Positions 46,754 through 57,273 of a stretch of DNA of 64,000 bases are shown here, in pieces. The translations under genes were made by a program, and so were the position numbers. The stretch's first letter is position 1; every line of letters starts with the position of its first letter. The DNA comes from Eisenbergiella tayi (GTDB lineage: Bacteria; Bacillota; Clostridia; Lachnospirales; Lachnospiraceae). The stretch is taken from NCBI RefSeq assembly GCF_001881565.1, contig NZ_MPDJ01000001.1, positions 125,966 to 189,965 on the forward strand. Reading direction: 5' to 3'. The notes under the pieces were generated by a model that was not told where the DNA came from, searched no databases, and saw nothing but the letters and a program-made list of their open reading frames with translations.

Positions 46754-48963
46754 TCCGCTTTTCTCCCGCTTTTCATTGAACATATGGATGGATCGCGCAG
46801 CCTTCCATCCATTGTTTTTACATATTCTCTGGGCGTCATTCCTTCATTTTTCACAAATGCCCTCTTAAAGGTAATTTCATTTTCATATCCGCAAAGCTGT
46901 GCTACTGCGGGAACATTATAGTTTTCCTGCTCAAAAAATATCTTGGCCTGCTCCACGCGGAGCTTATGCAGGTAATCAATAAAATTCACCTTCATGGTTT
47001 CCTTAAAGACCTTGGAAACCGTAGGCCTGGATACCCGGAAATGATCCGCAATATCCTGCTGGGAAAGTCCGGAAGAGGTAAAATGCGCTTTGACATATTC
47101 CACGATGTCATACCCCAGAGACTTTAGGTTCTGGTTTTCATTAAAGCTTCTCTTCAGGGCCTCCAGGATTTCCAGCAATGCGTCCCACATGTTATCCACA
47201 TCCTGAACCTCTTCTGCTTCCGCATATCCACAGGTATCTCTCTGCAGTTCAAACTGCATGTCCACAGAAAACCGGTAGAACACCTCAAAAAGCAGTCCCG
47301 TAACCTTCCGGGCTTCACCGGGAAGCAGCTGTCTTCTCTGGTTTTCCTCCCTGATATGCCTGCAGATTTCTTCCGCATCTTCAAAATGGCCAATCCTCAT
47401 ATAATTAATAATTTTTATTTCCAGTTCCAGCGGATAGTAATATCTGATTTTATCCGGATTGTTTCCTCCCAGCATTTTTTCCCTCGCTTCATCATATGCC
47501 CTGTGAATTCCCTGGAATCCATGATGGGGCCGCCCGAAATACAGCTCCACATCCATATCCGGAAGCAGTTCATCCACCATGATGCACAGCTGCTCCGTTT
47601 TTCTCAGCAGCGCTTCTTTCCCCTGCTCCGAGGGCAGAATCAGATAATACATACCCTGGGTATGGTACATCGCCACCGGAAAACCGTCCTTGTAGCAATC
47701 CAGCTGAAGCTGCAGCAGCGCTCCGATAAATGCCTTCTGTCGATCCTCTTCCCAAAACGGAAGCAGTATTATCAGATAAGCCATATCCTCCTGAAACCCC
47801 AGATGATACTGCTTTATATGCTCCTTTATCTTTTCCTTTTCACAGGTTCCCTCCAGAAGGCTGCCGAGGAAATCATCCTTTCCAATTTCATAATACTGAT
47901 TGGCCAGGGATTCCATCCCTTCCTTTTCTGTGTTCAGCTCCTGATAGGATTTTTCGATATCTTCAAGGCCATATACATGGTGGGACTTCTTCATTCCGAA
48001 CCGCTCTGCCAGGATGCTGATCGGCCTGTGTGTCAGCCTGGCAAGAAGATAAGAAGCCGCGAACGCAAGCAGCAAAAGGCCGCAGCAGCCTAAAATCAGA
48101 GAATAGGCCGCCGGCCCGCTTCCATTGATATAACTCATATCCACAGTGAATTCATAATTCCAGCGGTACATCCCTGAGGGCACCTCTTTCACAAATATCT
48201 GTTCCCCGGCGGTCTCCGCATCTTTGCTGTTCCATTCATAAACAGGCATACCGTCAAAGGACAGTCCAAACCGGACCGTGTCTGAAACATTGTCCCTGAT
48301 AAACTTGTCAAACAGCTTTCCATCCACATAGATAAGCAAAACCTGTCTCGGCTTGTCATCATACTGCAGCTGCTTCACAATAATAAAATTGTCATAGCCC
48401 GCTTTCACCTGCTCATCGGTATACAGTACCTGGGTACTGTAATTTCCCTTCAGTGCCTCCATCAGTTTATCCAACAGCTCCGGATACAGGCCTACGGAAT
48501 TAAAGTACCTTTCACATTCCCAGAAGGATACCCTGTCTATAGCCATATTTTTCTGAGGGAACAGGACTGCAGTGGATTTGGCAATTTTGAGAATATCGTT
48601 CTCGTTGCCTATTGTCTGGGAAATTTCCTGTTTTTTCAAAGTATCCATCCGGGAATACAAAATATCGGACTGCGTCCCTGCATAACGAATCCAGGTACTG
48701 GATGCGATCTGGGTGGCAATCATATCCACCGTAGAAAACTTTTCATCCACCGCCTGTGTCATCCGTTCCACCTTACGCAGAAGCTCCTGCTGTACGGACG
48801 CCTGTCTTCCTTTTTCCAGCTGAAAGGAAATGATACCCCCAAAAACCAGTATCAGCACCGCCATCAGCCAGAAAAATGTGAGAAACAGATTCCTGAAAAA
48901 CTTATTTTCCCAAAACCCAAACATAACCCCACCATCCCCCGAATTGATACAGCTATTATACAC
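46750..48963 (-). CDS. Membrane-anchored AraC family regulator with extracytoplasmic sensor domain
   Basis: Two TM segments flank a ~250 aa extracytoplasmic region. C-terminal AraC HTH (FKETMKVNFIDYLHKLRVEQAKIFF...FKRAFVKNEGMTPREY). Confidence 0.75.
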   Translation of the reverse strand: MYNSCINSGDGGVMFGFWENKFFRNLFLTFFWLMAVLILVFGGIISFQLEKGRQASVQQELLRKVERMTQAVDEKFSTVDMIATQIASSTWIRYAGTQSDILYSRMDTLKKQEISQTIGNENDILKIAKSTAVLFPQKNMAIDRVSFWECERYFNSVGLYPELLDKLMEALKGNYSTQVLYTDEQVKAGYDNFIIVKQLQYDDKPRQVLLIYVDGKLFDKFIRDNVSDTVRFGLSFDGMPVYEWNSKDAETAGEQIFVKEVPSGMYRWNYEFTVDMSYINGSGPAAYSLILGCCGLLLLAFAASYLLARLTHRPISILAERFGMKKSHHVYGLEDIEKSYQELNTEKEGMESLANQYYEIGKDDFLGSLLEGTCEKEKIKEHIKQYHLGFQEDMAYLIILLPFWEEDRQKAFIGALLQLQLDCYKDGFPVAMYHTQGMYYLILPSEQGKEALLRKTEQLCIMVDELLPDMDVELYFGRPHHGFQGIHRAYDEAREKMLGGNNPDKIRYYYPLELEIKIINYMRIGHFEDAEEICRHIREENQRRQLLPGEARKVTGLLFEVFYRFSVDMQFELQRDTCGYAEAEEVQDVDNMWDALLEILEALKRSFNENQNLKSLGYDIVEYVKAHFTSSGLSQQDIADHFRVSRPTVSKVFKETMKVNFIDYLHKLRVEQAKIFFEQENYNVPAVAQLCGYENEITFKRAFVKNEGMTPREYVKTMDGRLRDPSICSMKSGRKAE

Positions 48964-49026
48964 TTACGCCGGACGCGGAACAACTAAAGTGCTCTCGCTC
49001 CGGCGTTATTTCCGTTATTCTGTTTT

Positions 49027-50760
49027 CTACTGCTGTGCCCTGTCATATCTTTCCTGTGTTATGGAAATTAATTCGTCCAGGCCAAGCTCCTTCATGTCAC
49101 TGATATAAGAATCCCAGTCATCCATGGATGCCTGCCCCAAAATCAGTTTGGTAAGCAGTTCCTGATAATAGGTGTCGAAATCCGCTTTGATTTCCGTCAT
49201 CCGTTCCGTTTCCTCTTCCGTAGCCGCCGCGAGATTGGCTTCCGTATCCATAATGGCATAGCTGTATTTCTCTTCATTCTCATAGATATCCTTGATAACC
49301 TCCGCCTTTTCTTTAAAGCCGGTATCCGGATATCCCATCGTAAGGCCGGCCTCCTCACAGGTAATCAGCTCCTGTGCCCGATCCGTCACCTCTACCCGGG
49401 GAAGAATGGAATTATTTACCCACAGTGCCGGCAGCTTAGACATAATCTGTACCTCACTGATATCATTGGCCGGTAATTTCTTTTTCTTGCCGTCTTCCGT
49501 TACCTCATAGGTATAACCCTCAATACCGAATTCGGAAAGCACGCTGTACTCTTCACTAGCCAGATAATCAAGAAGCTTTCCTATCGCTGCCTTATCTGCA
49601 TTGGATGTTACCGCATACTCATAAGTTCCCTTCTGAATTCCGTTCTGTCTGGTGACAAGAGGATCGATCCCTTCCACTCCCCGGCAGAGTGTCCCTACAA
49701 AATAAGGCGCCGCCTGTCCCTCTTTCACAATGACTCCCGGTTCGTCCCAGGTGGATATCCACCAGCTGCTGATCATGGAAACCTTATTCTCAGCCTTTTT
49801 CTCATTTCCCTGTCCGGAGGTTTCCAGCAGGCCTGCATCACACAGCTTTTTCATAAAGGCAATATAATCCTTCACACCATCCTGGTACCAGGGGCTTGTT
49901 GCCTTTCCTGTATTATAGTCCACAAAACAGGCCTGCGTGCCCAGTCCGAAAAACTGTGCGATACCGTTTCCGAATGTGTTATAGTCCACCGTTACGATTT
50001 CATCCGGCTCCCCGTTCTCATTGGCATCCTGCGTCTGGAAGGCAGAGAGCACTTCAAACAGTTCGTCCGTAGTTTCCGGTTTTTCCAGACCCAGCTTATC
50101 CAGCCAGTCCTTCCGGATCATCGACCCGGTAAAACCGCCCCATACATCGCCATTATAGTCCCCGATTGTACAGGCGGAAAGCCAGTAAATATTTCCATCC
50201 TCCATAACATTCAATTTTTCCACTTCCGATCCGAACCCCGTGGTAAAAAATTCTTTGGCCGTACCGTCGGAATAATTGTCCCAGATATCATTCAGGGCAA
50301 CCAGCTTTCCCTGCTTAACCAGATTCATCAGTGTTTTATAATCCACTGTCCTTTTATTGCTTGTACTTCCGTTGATATTTACGATATCACAGGTAAGTCC
50401 CGCAGCAATCTGAGTCTGCACTACCGTTTCATACTGATCCTCCGGAATCAGATCCAGTTCCAGACGAAGCCCTCTTTCAGCCAGATCGTCCGTCAGCTTC
50501 TGCCACATCTTGCTGTCCCCGTTCACCCAGTCCGATAAATAAACGGCATTTCCGGAATCATCCGTGGCCTTGTTGTCCACGCCAAGAATCTTGATAGTTG
50601 TCAGCTCCTCTCCGGCCTCCGCCGCAGCACTCGCCGCTGCCGATCCGGTTTCCCCGGGTTCCGTGCCGGATTCCTTTGCACACCCTGTAAGCGTACCCGC
50701 TATCATCGCCGCCGACAGCACCGCCGCCCATACCTTTTGGAATTTCTTTGTTCTTTGCAT
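49027..50760 (-). CDS. ABC transporter extracellular solute-binding lipoprotein (carbohydrate)
   Basis: Signal peptide with lipobox (AAMIAGTLTGC). Acidic linker. Family-1 solute-binding fold. AAGGAGGA ribosome-binding site before the MQRTKK start (ORF extends to 50784). Confidence 0.8.
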   Translation of the reverse strand: MQRTKKFQKVWAAVLSAAMIAGTLTGCAKESGTEPGETGSAAASAAAEAGEELTTIKILGVDNKATDDSGNAVYLSDWVNGDSKMWQKLTDDLAERGLRLELDLIPEDQYETVVQTQIAAGLTCDIVNINGSTSNKRTVDYKTLMNLVKQGKLVALNDIWDNYSDGTAKEFFTTGFGSEVEKLNVMEDGNIYWLSACTIGDYNGDVWGGFTGSMIRKDWLDKLGLEKPETTDELFEVLSAFQTQDANENGEPDEIVTVDYNTFGNGIAQFFGLGTQACFVDYNTGKATSPWYQDGVKDYIAFMKKLCDAGLLETSGQGNEKKAENKVSMISSWWISTWDEPGVIVKEGQAAPYFVGTLCRGVEGIDPLVTRQNGIQKGTYEYAVTSNADKAAIGKLLDYLASEEYSVLSEFGIEGYTYEVTEDGKKKKLPANDISEVQIMSKLPALWVNNSILPRVEVTDRAQELITCEEAGLTMGYPDTGFKEKAEVIKDIYENEEKYSYAIMDTEANLAAATEEETERMTEIKADFDTYYQELLTKLILGQASMDDWDSYISDMKELGLDELISITQERYDRAQQ

Positions 50761-50831
50761 AACTTCCTCCTTCTTCTTATTCAATATATTACATCTTTTC
50801 CCCGAAAGGAAAAGGATGAAATCTTAATCGT

Positions 50832-51737
50832 TCACTCTTTTAAAGAGCCCAATACCATACCCTTGACAAAATACTTCTGGAAAAAAGGATAGGTACACAA
50901 CACAGGAAGTGTCGTAAATATAATCATGGCATACTTCAGCTGTGCATTGGAAAGCTGCCTCATGGCCAGTTCTTTGGCCGTTGCCGCATCCATTACCTGT
51001 GTCAGCGTCTGTTTGGATTCCACCAGTATCCTTCTCAGATACATCTGAAGCGGCTGCCATTCCGTATGAGGAAGGTAAAGCATGGCGGAAAACCAGCTGT
51101 TCCAGACACCCACAATCGTATAAACCGCAAGAACCGCAAAAATAGGTTTCCCCAGAGGCACAAATACCTTAAGAAGCACCTGTAACAGGCTGGCCCCGTC
51201 AATCCTTGCCGCCTCCGTCAGAGATTCCGGTATGGAACGGAAATAAGCCTTTACCAGGATGATATTCCATATGGAGAAGCAGGCCGGAATAACCTGGGAA
51301 AATGGGCTGTCATATAATCCCAGTTTTACGATAAGAAGAAAAGAGGGAATCGTCCCGCCTGCAAAATACATGGGAATCAGAAGAAACATGGTTAAAAATT
51401 TTCTTCCCATCAGCTTTTTATAATTCAGGCCGAATGCCACTACCGTGCTTGTGGCAATCATAAGTATCGTGGTAGGTACCACATACAGTACCGTATTGGC
51501 ATATGCCCTCCACATTTTCATATCGGTGACCAGCACCTGGAAGGCGGAAAGATTAAACCCCTTCGGTACCAGATAAACCCGCATGGTTGCGGCATAGGCC
51601 GGTTCACTGAGCGATAAAATAAGGACATAATACATAGGGTAAAGAGTTATGAATGCCGCTATTGCCGCAAGGATATAAAGGACTGCCGTTACAGCCCGGT
51701 TACCCTCTTTGATTTTGTTTTTATTCTGCTTTTTCAT
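50832..51737 (-). CDS. Carbohydrate ABC transporter permease (LplC-like)
   Basis: Six TM BPD-type permease. GAAGGAG ribosome-binding site before the MKKQNK start (ORF extends to 51764). Confidence 0.8.
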   Translation of the reverse strand: MKKQNKNKIKEGNRAVTAVLYILAAIAAFITLYPMYYVLILSLSEPAYAATMRVYLVPKGFNLSAFQVLVTDMKMWRAYANTVLYVVPTTILMIATSTVVAFGLNYKKLMGRKFLTMFLLIPMYFAGGTIPSFLLIVKLGLYDSPFSQVIPACFSIWNIILVKAYFRSIPESLTEAARIDGASLLQVLLKVFVPLGKPIFAVLAVYTIVGVWNSWFSAMLYLPHTEWQPLQMYLRRILVESKQTLTQVMDAATAKELAMRQLSNAQLKYAMIIFTTLPVLCTYPFFQKYFVKGMVLGSLKE

Positions 51738-51757
51738 CCCTGTTCCTTCTCCTTCCT

Positions 51758-52720
51758 CTACCACAAACCGAAACCTGTCAGTTTATTGCTGATTTTATTG
51801 GCCGCATAGGTAAAGGCAAAACCGATGACAGCTGTGAACAATCCTGCAGCCGTTGTATAGCTGTACTGCCCTTCCAGAATACCGAGCCGGTAAGTATAGG
51901 TGCCGATAACATCTGCCACATCATAAGTAGCGGGTGTATACAGCAGCAGTATCAGTTCGGAGTTTGCAGCCAGGATAGCTCCCACCGTGGTAATCAGGTT
52001 GATGGCAATTACTGCCTGCAGTCCCGGAATAGTCACATGCCAGACCTGCTGCCAGCGGTTGGCGCCGTCCAGCTTGGCCGCCTCATAAAGTCCGGGATCG
52101 ATGGAGGATATAATGGAGCAGTACAGAATACTTCCGAATCCGAAATTTTTCCATACATTAGTAATCGTATATATCCATGGAAAGGCGGATGGCTCCACAT
52201 GATAATTCTTCCGGTCAAACCCCAGCAGCATAAGCAGATTTGTTACCAGCCCGTCTGTGTCTATGAACGAGATAACCATGCCTGCCACTACCACAGTAGA
52301 AATGAAATAGGGCATATAGCTGGCCGTCTGGATAAATTTTTTAAAACGGGTATGCTTGATTTGATCCAGCAGCAATGCGAAAAAAATCGGTGCGGTAAAA
52401 CCAAACAGCAGATTCAGGCCGCTTAAGATAAGAGTATTTTTTATCAGCCTTGAAAAATAGTGGCCGGAAATAAATTTATCAAACCACCTTAATCCTACCC
52501 ACTTTACTCCTTCTCCCAGGAACGGGGCTCCCGGCACATAATCCTGAAAAGCTATCACAAGTCCGTACATGGGTATGTAACAGAAAATAAATATCAGTAC
52601 CAGGGTAGGAAGCATCAATGCATAAATCTGCATATTTTCCTTGATAACCCCTCTTCCGTATCTCTTTTTTTCGCCGGGCTTCTTTTGTCTGCCAATAAAC
52701 CCTGCCGTGCTCTTTTCCAT
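51758..52720 (-). CDS. Carbohydrate ABC transporter permease (LplB-like)
   Basis: Polytopic permease with a basic N-terminus. GGAGGA ribosome-binding site. Confidence 0.8.
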   Translation of the reverse strand: MEKSTAGFIGRQKKPGEKKRYGRGVIKENMQIYALMLPTLVLIFIFCYIPMYGLVIAFQDYVPGAPFLGEGVKWVGLRWFDKFISGHYFSRLIKNTLILSGLNLLFGFTAPIFFALLLDQIKHTRFKKFIQTASYMPYFISTVVVAGMVISFIDTDGLVTNLLMLLGFDRKNYHVEPSAFPWIYTITNVWKNFGFGSILYCSIISSIDPGLYEAAKLDGANRWQQVWHVTIPGLQAVIAINLITTVGAILAANSELILLLYTPATYDVADVIGTYTYRLGILEGQYSYTTAAGLFTAVIGFAFTYAANKISNKLTGFGLW

Positions 52721-52852
52721 ATTTATCCTCCAATCCTTTTACCGGCATCCTATCCGCCTTTCTATTTTCCGGCTGTTTGAATGTCCGTTCGACAGGGCTA
52801 AGTATAAGGCTCTTCTTTAAGCTTTTTCAACTGCCAGAAAATTCTGCGGCAT

Positions 52853-52916
52853 GCAAAATGTTCCGGCCGGATTACAGGACGTTTTGGAACATTTTGTTCA
52901 TGGCGGAACATTTTGT
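52853..52916. promoter_or_regulatory. Three copies of GGAACATTTTG(T), one inverted and two direct, in the promoter region of the ABC transporter operon; operator candidate
   Basis: gcaaaatgttcc (52853..52864), ggaacattttgt (52886..52897), ggaacattttgt (52905..52916). Between divergent XRE and transporter genes. Confidence 0.45.
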
Positions 52917-52982
52917 CCGTCTGCTTCCAAATACGCTCCGGCAATACTTTTTTATTAGTCAATACTCCTATATCTATCTGTT

Positions 52983-53210
52983 TTGGGGAAAGGAAAGACA
53001 AATCTTGAAGTGGAACTCATAGGAAAAATGATTGAAGCTCGAGAGAAAAAAAGATATTCACAGAGAGAACTTGCTGAATTAAGCGGAGTGAAACAACCCG
53101 CAATCGCAAGAATAGAAAGTCTGAAATCCACACCACAGCTTGATACCTTGCTCAAGGTACTTGCACCATTAGGGTATACGTTATCCATCACACCTATAAA
53201 AGAGAAATAG
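52983..53210 (+). CDS. XRE family HTH transcriptional regulator (short). Start may be the internal ATG near 53028.
   Basis: HTH RYSQRELAELSGVKQPAIARIE. About 60 to 75 aa. Confidence 0.6.
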   Translation: MGKGKTNLEVELIGKMIEAREKKRYSQRELAELSGVKQPAIARIESLKSTPQLDTLLKVLAPLGYTLSITPIKEK

Positions 53211-53300
53211 GATTACTATAATTTGCCGCAAAAATTAAAAAAGGTACCGGAAGCAACGCAGATTTTTCTGCCGCTTCCGATACCTTTTTGCCTTTTCTTT

Positions 53301-54569
53301 TTAGCTCAGCACACTGTCCTCTCCCTCAGGAAGGATGAATGCCAGAATAATTCCCACAACTGCCGCCAGCGCCAGGCCGGAAATAGTAACGGCGCCGTAT
53401 ACCGGAATGCTGTCGCAGCCGATACCCAGGACAAGGATGATGGCAGCAACCAGAAGGTTGCGGCTGTTGCCGAAGTTCAGCCTGGAGTTAATCAGGATAC
53501 GGACACCTACCGCGGAAATCATACCGTAAAGCACGATGCTGATACCGCCTGTAACAGGGGAAGGAATACTGGTTATAAAGCCGCCGAACTTTCCGAAGAT
53601 ACCCAGAATCATGGCGAATACCGCCGCAATACGGATAACGGAAGGGTCGTATACCTTGGTAACAGCCAGAACGCCGGTGTTTTCCCCATAGGTCGTATTG
53701 GCGGGGCCGCCCAGAAGGCCTGCCAGCGCGGTAGCGAGACCATCGCCCAGAATGGTTCTGTGAATTCCAGGATCCACCATGAAATTCTTTCCTACCACCG
53801 CTCCGTTGGTAGTAATATCGCCCACATGCTCAATCATGGTTACCAGGGCGATAGGCGCGATAGCCAGGATGGCATCCGCTCTGAATTTAGGTATGCACAG
53901 CAGCTGTGCCATAATATCCTTATCCATGAAGGACAGGAAATGAGCTTCCCTTACTGCGGTAAAATCACAGAAGCCAAGAGGCAGACATACCAGGTAGCCT
54001 GCAATGATGGCAAATAAAATGGGCATGAGGTTAAAGATACCCTTTGCGAAAATGGATACACATATTACTACCGTCAGGATAACCACAGTGACCAGTACGG
54101 CCTTCAGGCTGAATTCCCCATTATAATAGAATGCACTGCTGATGGCTGTGCTGCTCAGACGCAGCCCGATTACAATGATGATAGGCCCGGTTACGATAGG
54201 GGGAAGCAGCTTGTTCACCTTTTCATACCCGAAAATCTTGATCAGGCCGGCGAACAATACATAAACCAGACCGGCGATAATCAGTGACCCCTTTACAGAA
54301 GCCAGCTTGTCCATAAAATCCGGATCCCCCATCCTGGAGTCTCCGATAATGGCCATAATACCCGCCATAAATGCGAAGCTGGAGCCCAGGAAAACGGGCA
54401 CCTTTTTCTTTGTGATCCAATGGAACAGCAGTGTACCCAGGCCGGCACAAAACAGTGTGATCGAGGTATTCAGCCCGGTCAGCGCGGGAACCAGTACGGT
54501 GGCCCCGAACATGGCGAGGGTGTGCTGAATGCCCAGAATCAGCTTTTGCCTCATGGTCTTTTCACCCAT
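53301..54569 (-). CDS. NCS2 family uracil/xanthine permease
   Basis: NCS2 signature region QHTLAMFGATVLVPALTG...; about 13 TM helices. Downstream of codBA. Confidence 0.8.
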   Translation of the reverse strand: MGEKTMRQKLILGIQHTLAMFGATVLVPALTGLNTSITLFCAGLGTLLFHWITKKKVPVFLGSSFAFMAGIMAIIGDSRMGDPDFMDKLASVKGSLIIAGLVYVLFAGLIKIFGYEKVNKLLPPIVTGPIIIVIGLRLSSTAISSAFYYNGEFSLKAVLVTVVILTVVICVSIFAKGIFNLMPILFAIIAGYLVCLPLGFCDFTAVREAHFLSFMDKDIMAQLLCIPKFRADAILAIAPIALVTMIEHVGDITTNGAVVGKNFMVDPGIHRTILGDGLATALAGLLGGPANTTYGENTGVLAVTKVYDPSVIRIAAVFAMILGIFGKFGGFITSIPSPVTGGISIVLYGMISAVGVRILINSRLNFGNSRNLLVAAIILVLGIGCDSIPVYGAVTISGLALAAVVGIILAFILPEGEDSVLS

Positions 54570-54663
54570 AATTACATTTCCTCCTCATAAGTTTAATAGT
54601 TAATTGGGTTATTCAAAAGCCGCATTGGCTCTTTGACAATATTAACTTACCTTCCGTCAGCTG

Positions 54664-55899
54664 TCAGAAACAGATTTCTGTCTGCGCAGGAATGGTTTTG
54701 GCAAGCATTTTTCCCTTCCGGAAGGAATACAGGATTTCGCTCTTTTTATTCAGGGCATTGTAGAAATTATCCCCGTTCAGAATAATGAAATCAGCAGGAT
54801 TCATTTCCCGGATTCCGTAGCTTTCTCCCAGGTGAAGGGTACGGGCCGCATTGTGTGTGATGAGCTTATAGGAATTCATGATGTCCTCATAGCCCATCAT
54901 CTGGCATACGTGCAGGCCCATGAACACGGTATCCCTCATATTTCCGGTTCCCAGCGGATACCAGGGGTCGAAAATGTCATCATGGCCGAAGGAAACGTTC
55001 AGGCCGGCCTCCAGAAGCTCTTTTACCCTGGTTACGCCGCGGCGCTTGGGATAGGTGTCCACGCGTCCCTGCAGATGGGTATTCACAAGGGGATTCGCCA
55101 CAAAATTAATGCGGCTCATTTTCAAAAGCCTCATCAGCCGGTTGACATAGGCATTATTATAGGAATGCATGGCCGTGGTATGGCTCGCCGTCACCTTATC
55201 GAACATCTGCATTTCGTAGGCCCTCGCCGCCAGCGTTTCCAGGCCTCTGGATGCTTCGTCATCTATTTCATCACAGTGTACATCCACCAGGCGGTCATAG
55301 CGGTACGCCAGATCCATGGCAAAGTTCAGGGATTCCACACTGTATTCCCGCGTGAATTCAAAATGGGGGATGGCGCCCACACAGTCGGCTCCCATTTTCA
55401 CCGCATTTTCCATCAGCTCTTTTCCGTTAGGATAGCTTAAAATACCTTCCTGGGGAAACGCCACTATCTGAATGGTGATCTCGTCCTTCAGTTCTTCCCT
55501 CAGCTCCAGCATGGCCTCCATAGCCACCAGTGTGGGATCCGTCACATCCACATGGGTTCTTACAAACTGTACTCCGTTTGCCGCCTGCATGCGGATCGCC
55601 CTTCCCGCACGGTCTTTCACGTCCTGTTTGGTGAGCTTCTCTTTTCTCTGACTCCAGCACTCAATTCCTTCAAACAGAGTTCCGGACATATTCCACACCG
55701 GATCCCCGGCGGTCAGGCAGGTATCCAGATGTACATGGGATTCAATGAAGGGCGGCAGAATCATACATCCGGTTCCGTCTATCACCTCTTCTCCCGGCAG
55801 GGCATCTATCCCGGATTCGATTTTTTCAAAAACTCCGTCTGAAACACGGATGTCCGTACATTCCACACTGTTTTCCAGATGAATATTCTTAATCAGCAT
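54664..55899 (-). CDS. codA: Cytosine deaminase (amidohydrolase superfamily)
   Basis: Collinear with E. coli cytosine deaminase CodA: ESHVHLDT, GTLFEGIE, QIVAFPQEGILSYPNG, GAIPHFEFTREY, VHCDEIDDE, TASHTTAMHSYN, NPLVN.HLQGR.DTYPKRRG, FGHDD.FDPWYPLGT. Confidence 0.9.
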   Translation of the reverse strand: MLIKNIHLENSVECTDIRVSDGVFEKIESGIDALPGEEVIDGTGCMILPPFIESHVHLDTCLTAGDPVWNMSGTLFEGIECWSQRKEKLTKQDVKDRAGRAIRMQAANGVQFVRTHVDVTDPTLVAMEAMLELREELKDEITIQIVAFPQEGILSYPNGKELMENAVKMGADCVGAIPHFEFTREYSVESLNFAMDLAYRYDRLVDVHCDEIDDEASRGLETLAARAYEMQMFDKVTASHTTAMHSYNNAYVNRLMRLLKMSRINFVANPLVNTHLQGRVDTYPKRRGVTRVKELLEAGLNVSFGHDDIFDPWYPLGTGNMRDTVFMGLHVCQMMGYEDIMNSYKLITHNAARTLHLGESYGIREMNPADFIILNGDNFYNALNKKSEILYSFRKGKMLAKTIPAQTEICF

Positions 55900-55902
55900 T
55901 TC

Positions 55903-57153
55903 TTATTTCCCTTTCTTATTTACCGCTTCTCCCACCAGGTAACAGATGCAGGCCACAGCCATGCCGTTAATGGATGCGATTCCCACCGGCACCACATTGG
56001 CGATGACCGCGCCCAGGACGACTCCGGCTATGGCAAACCAGTTCACCTCCAGGGTATTTTCCTTATCCTGGGCATAGTCCTCCTTATGGCAGAAAAATCC
56101 CAGCACAAGGATGGCGCCTACCGGAGGAAGGGTGCAGTTGAGAACGTTCAGCCAGCCTGTGAAGTTGTTATAAAGCCAGATAGCGGTGATGGTACCCAGC
56201 GCGCCGGAAATGAGAACCAGCGGGCTTTTCTTTATTTTTGTAATATTGGAGAGGCCAAGTCCTGCGGAATACAGCGCGTTGTCGTTGGTGGTCCAGATAT
56301 TCAGTCCCAGTACGATGACGGCGAACAGCGTGAGGTTCAGGGCGATCATAACCTCAAAAATATCATTTCCGCCCACATACACACCGCTGAATGCGCCGAA
56401 GCAGAACATCAGGCTGTTCCCCAGGAAAAAGGCGATGATGGTTGTCCAGACAGCCGCTTTCGGTGTCTTTGCAAAACGGGCGAAGTTGGGGGTGGCCGTA
56501 CCTCCGCTGACGAAGGAGCCGATAACCATTCCCGCTCCGGTTATGATGCTCAGTCCCTGGCTTTCCGCAAATTTTTCCGTCAGGCTGGCATCCCCGGTAC
56601 GCACCGCGATCACCATGGCCGCAATCCCCAGCATGGCAATCAGGGGCACGGAAATATAGCTTACAATGGTCATGGCACGGATTCCGAAAAAAGCGGAGCC
56701 GGTCATACAGATTCCGGCGACAGCAACCAGAAGCGGAACCATCCAGGGTTTATCCGGCGCGAGCAGCCTGGCTACGGGAATGGCGAACATGGCCACGCCG
56801 ACACCAAACCATCCTATCTGCGTGAAGCTGATCAGCGCGGAAGGAAGGTAAGATCCCTTTTTGCCAAAAGAATGCTGGGCCAGCAAATCCATGGATAATC
56901 CGGTTTTACAGCCAACATAGGCCAGTAATGCCGTATAAATACCAAGAATAATGCCGCCCAGCAGCAAAGATCCGATAAAACCGCTTAAATCAAGTCCGGC
57001 CCCCAGTTCCTGGCCGGTCCACATGCTTGCCGAAAAAAAGGTGAACCCCAGCATAATCATGAACATGGTCACGATATTCCGGCGCGCGTGCCCGGGTACG
57101 GGCATCAGGGAATAATCCGCATCTACTTTTACTTTCTGCTCTTTTGTACTCAA
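55903..57153 (-). CDS. codB: Cytosine permease (NCS1 family)
   Basis: Collinear with E. coli CodB (MLGFTFFSASMWTG, KTGLSMDLLAQHSFGKKGSYLPS, TQIGWFGVGVAMFAIPV). Located 4 nt upstream of codA. Confidence 0.9.
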   Translation of the reverse strand: MSTKEQKVKVDADYSLMPVPGHARRNIVTMFMIMLGFTFFSASMWTGQELGAGLDLSGFIGSLLLGGIILGIYTALLAYVGCKTGLSMDLLAQHSFGKKGSYLPSALISFTQIGWFGVGVAMFAIPVARLLAPDKPWMVPLLVAVAGICMTGSAFFGIRAMTIVSYISVPLIAMLGIAAMVIAVRTGDASLTEKFAESQGLSIITGAGMVIGSFVSGGTATPNFARFAKTPKAAVWTTIIAFFLGNSLMFCFGAFSGVYVGGNDIFEVMIALNLTLFAVIVLGLNIWTTNDNALYSAGLGLSNITKIKKSPLVLISGALGTITAIWLYNNFTGWLNVLNCTLPPVGAILVLGFFCHKEDYAQDKENTLEVNWFAIAGVVLGAVIANVVPVGIASINGMAVACICYLVGEAVNKKGK

Positions 57154-57273
57154 GTCGTTCTCTCCTCTCCTGTCTTTTCCTACATTTCTGTTAAGATTCC
57201 CAAAAAATTCTTTTCCATAAATAGTACCATATCCGGCGGTAGTTCACAACGGTAAATTTTGCGGAAGGGGGTA

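Noticed and set aside
53223-54017. 264 aa plus-strand ORF
   Set aside because: Antisense to the NCS2 uracil permease gene.
55879-56898. 339 aa plus-strand ORF rich in His, Gly and Arg
   Set aside because: Antisense to codB. Low-complexity composition.
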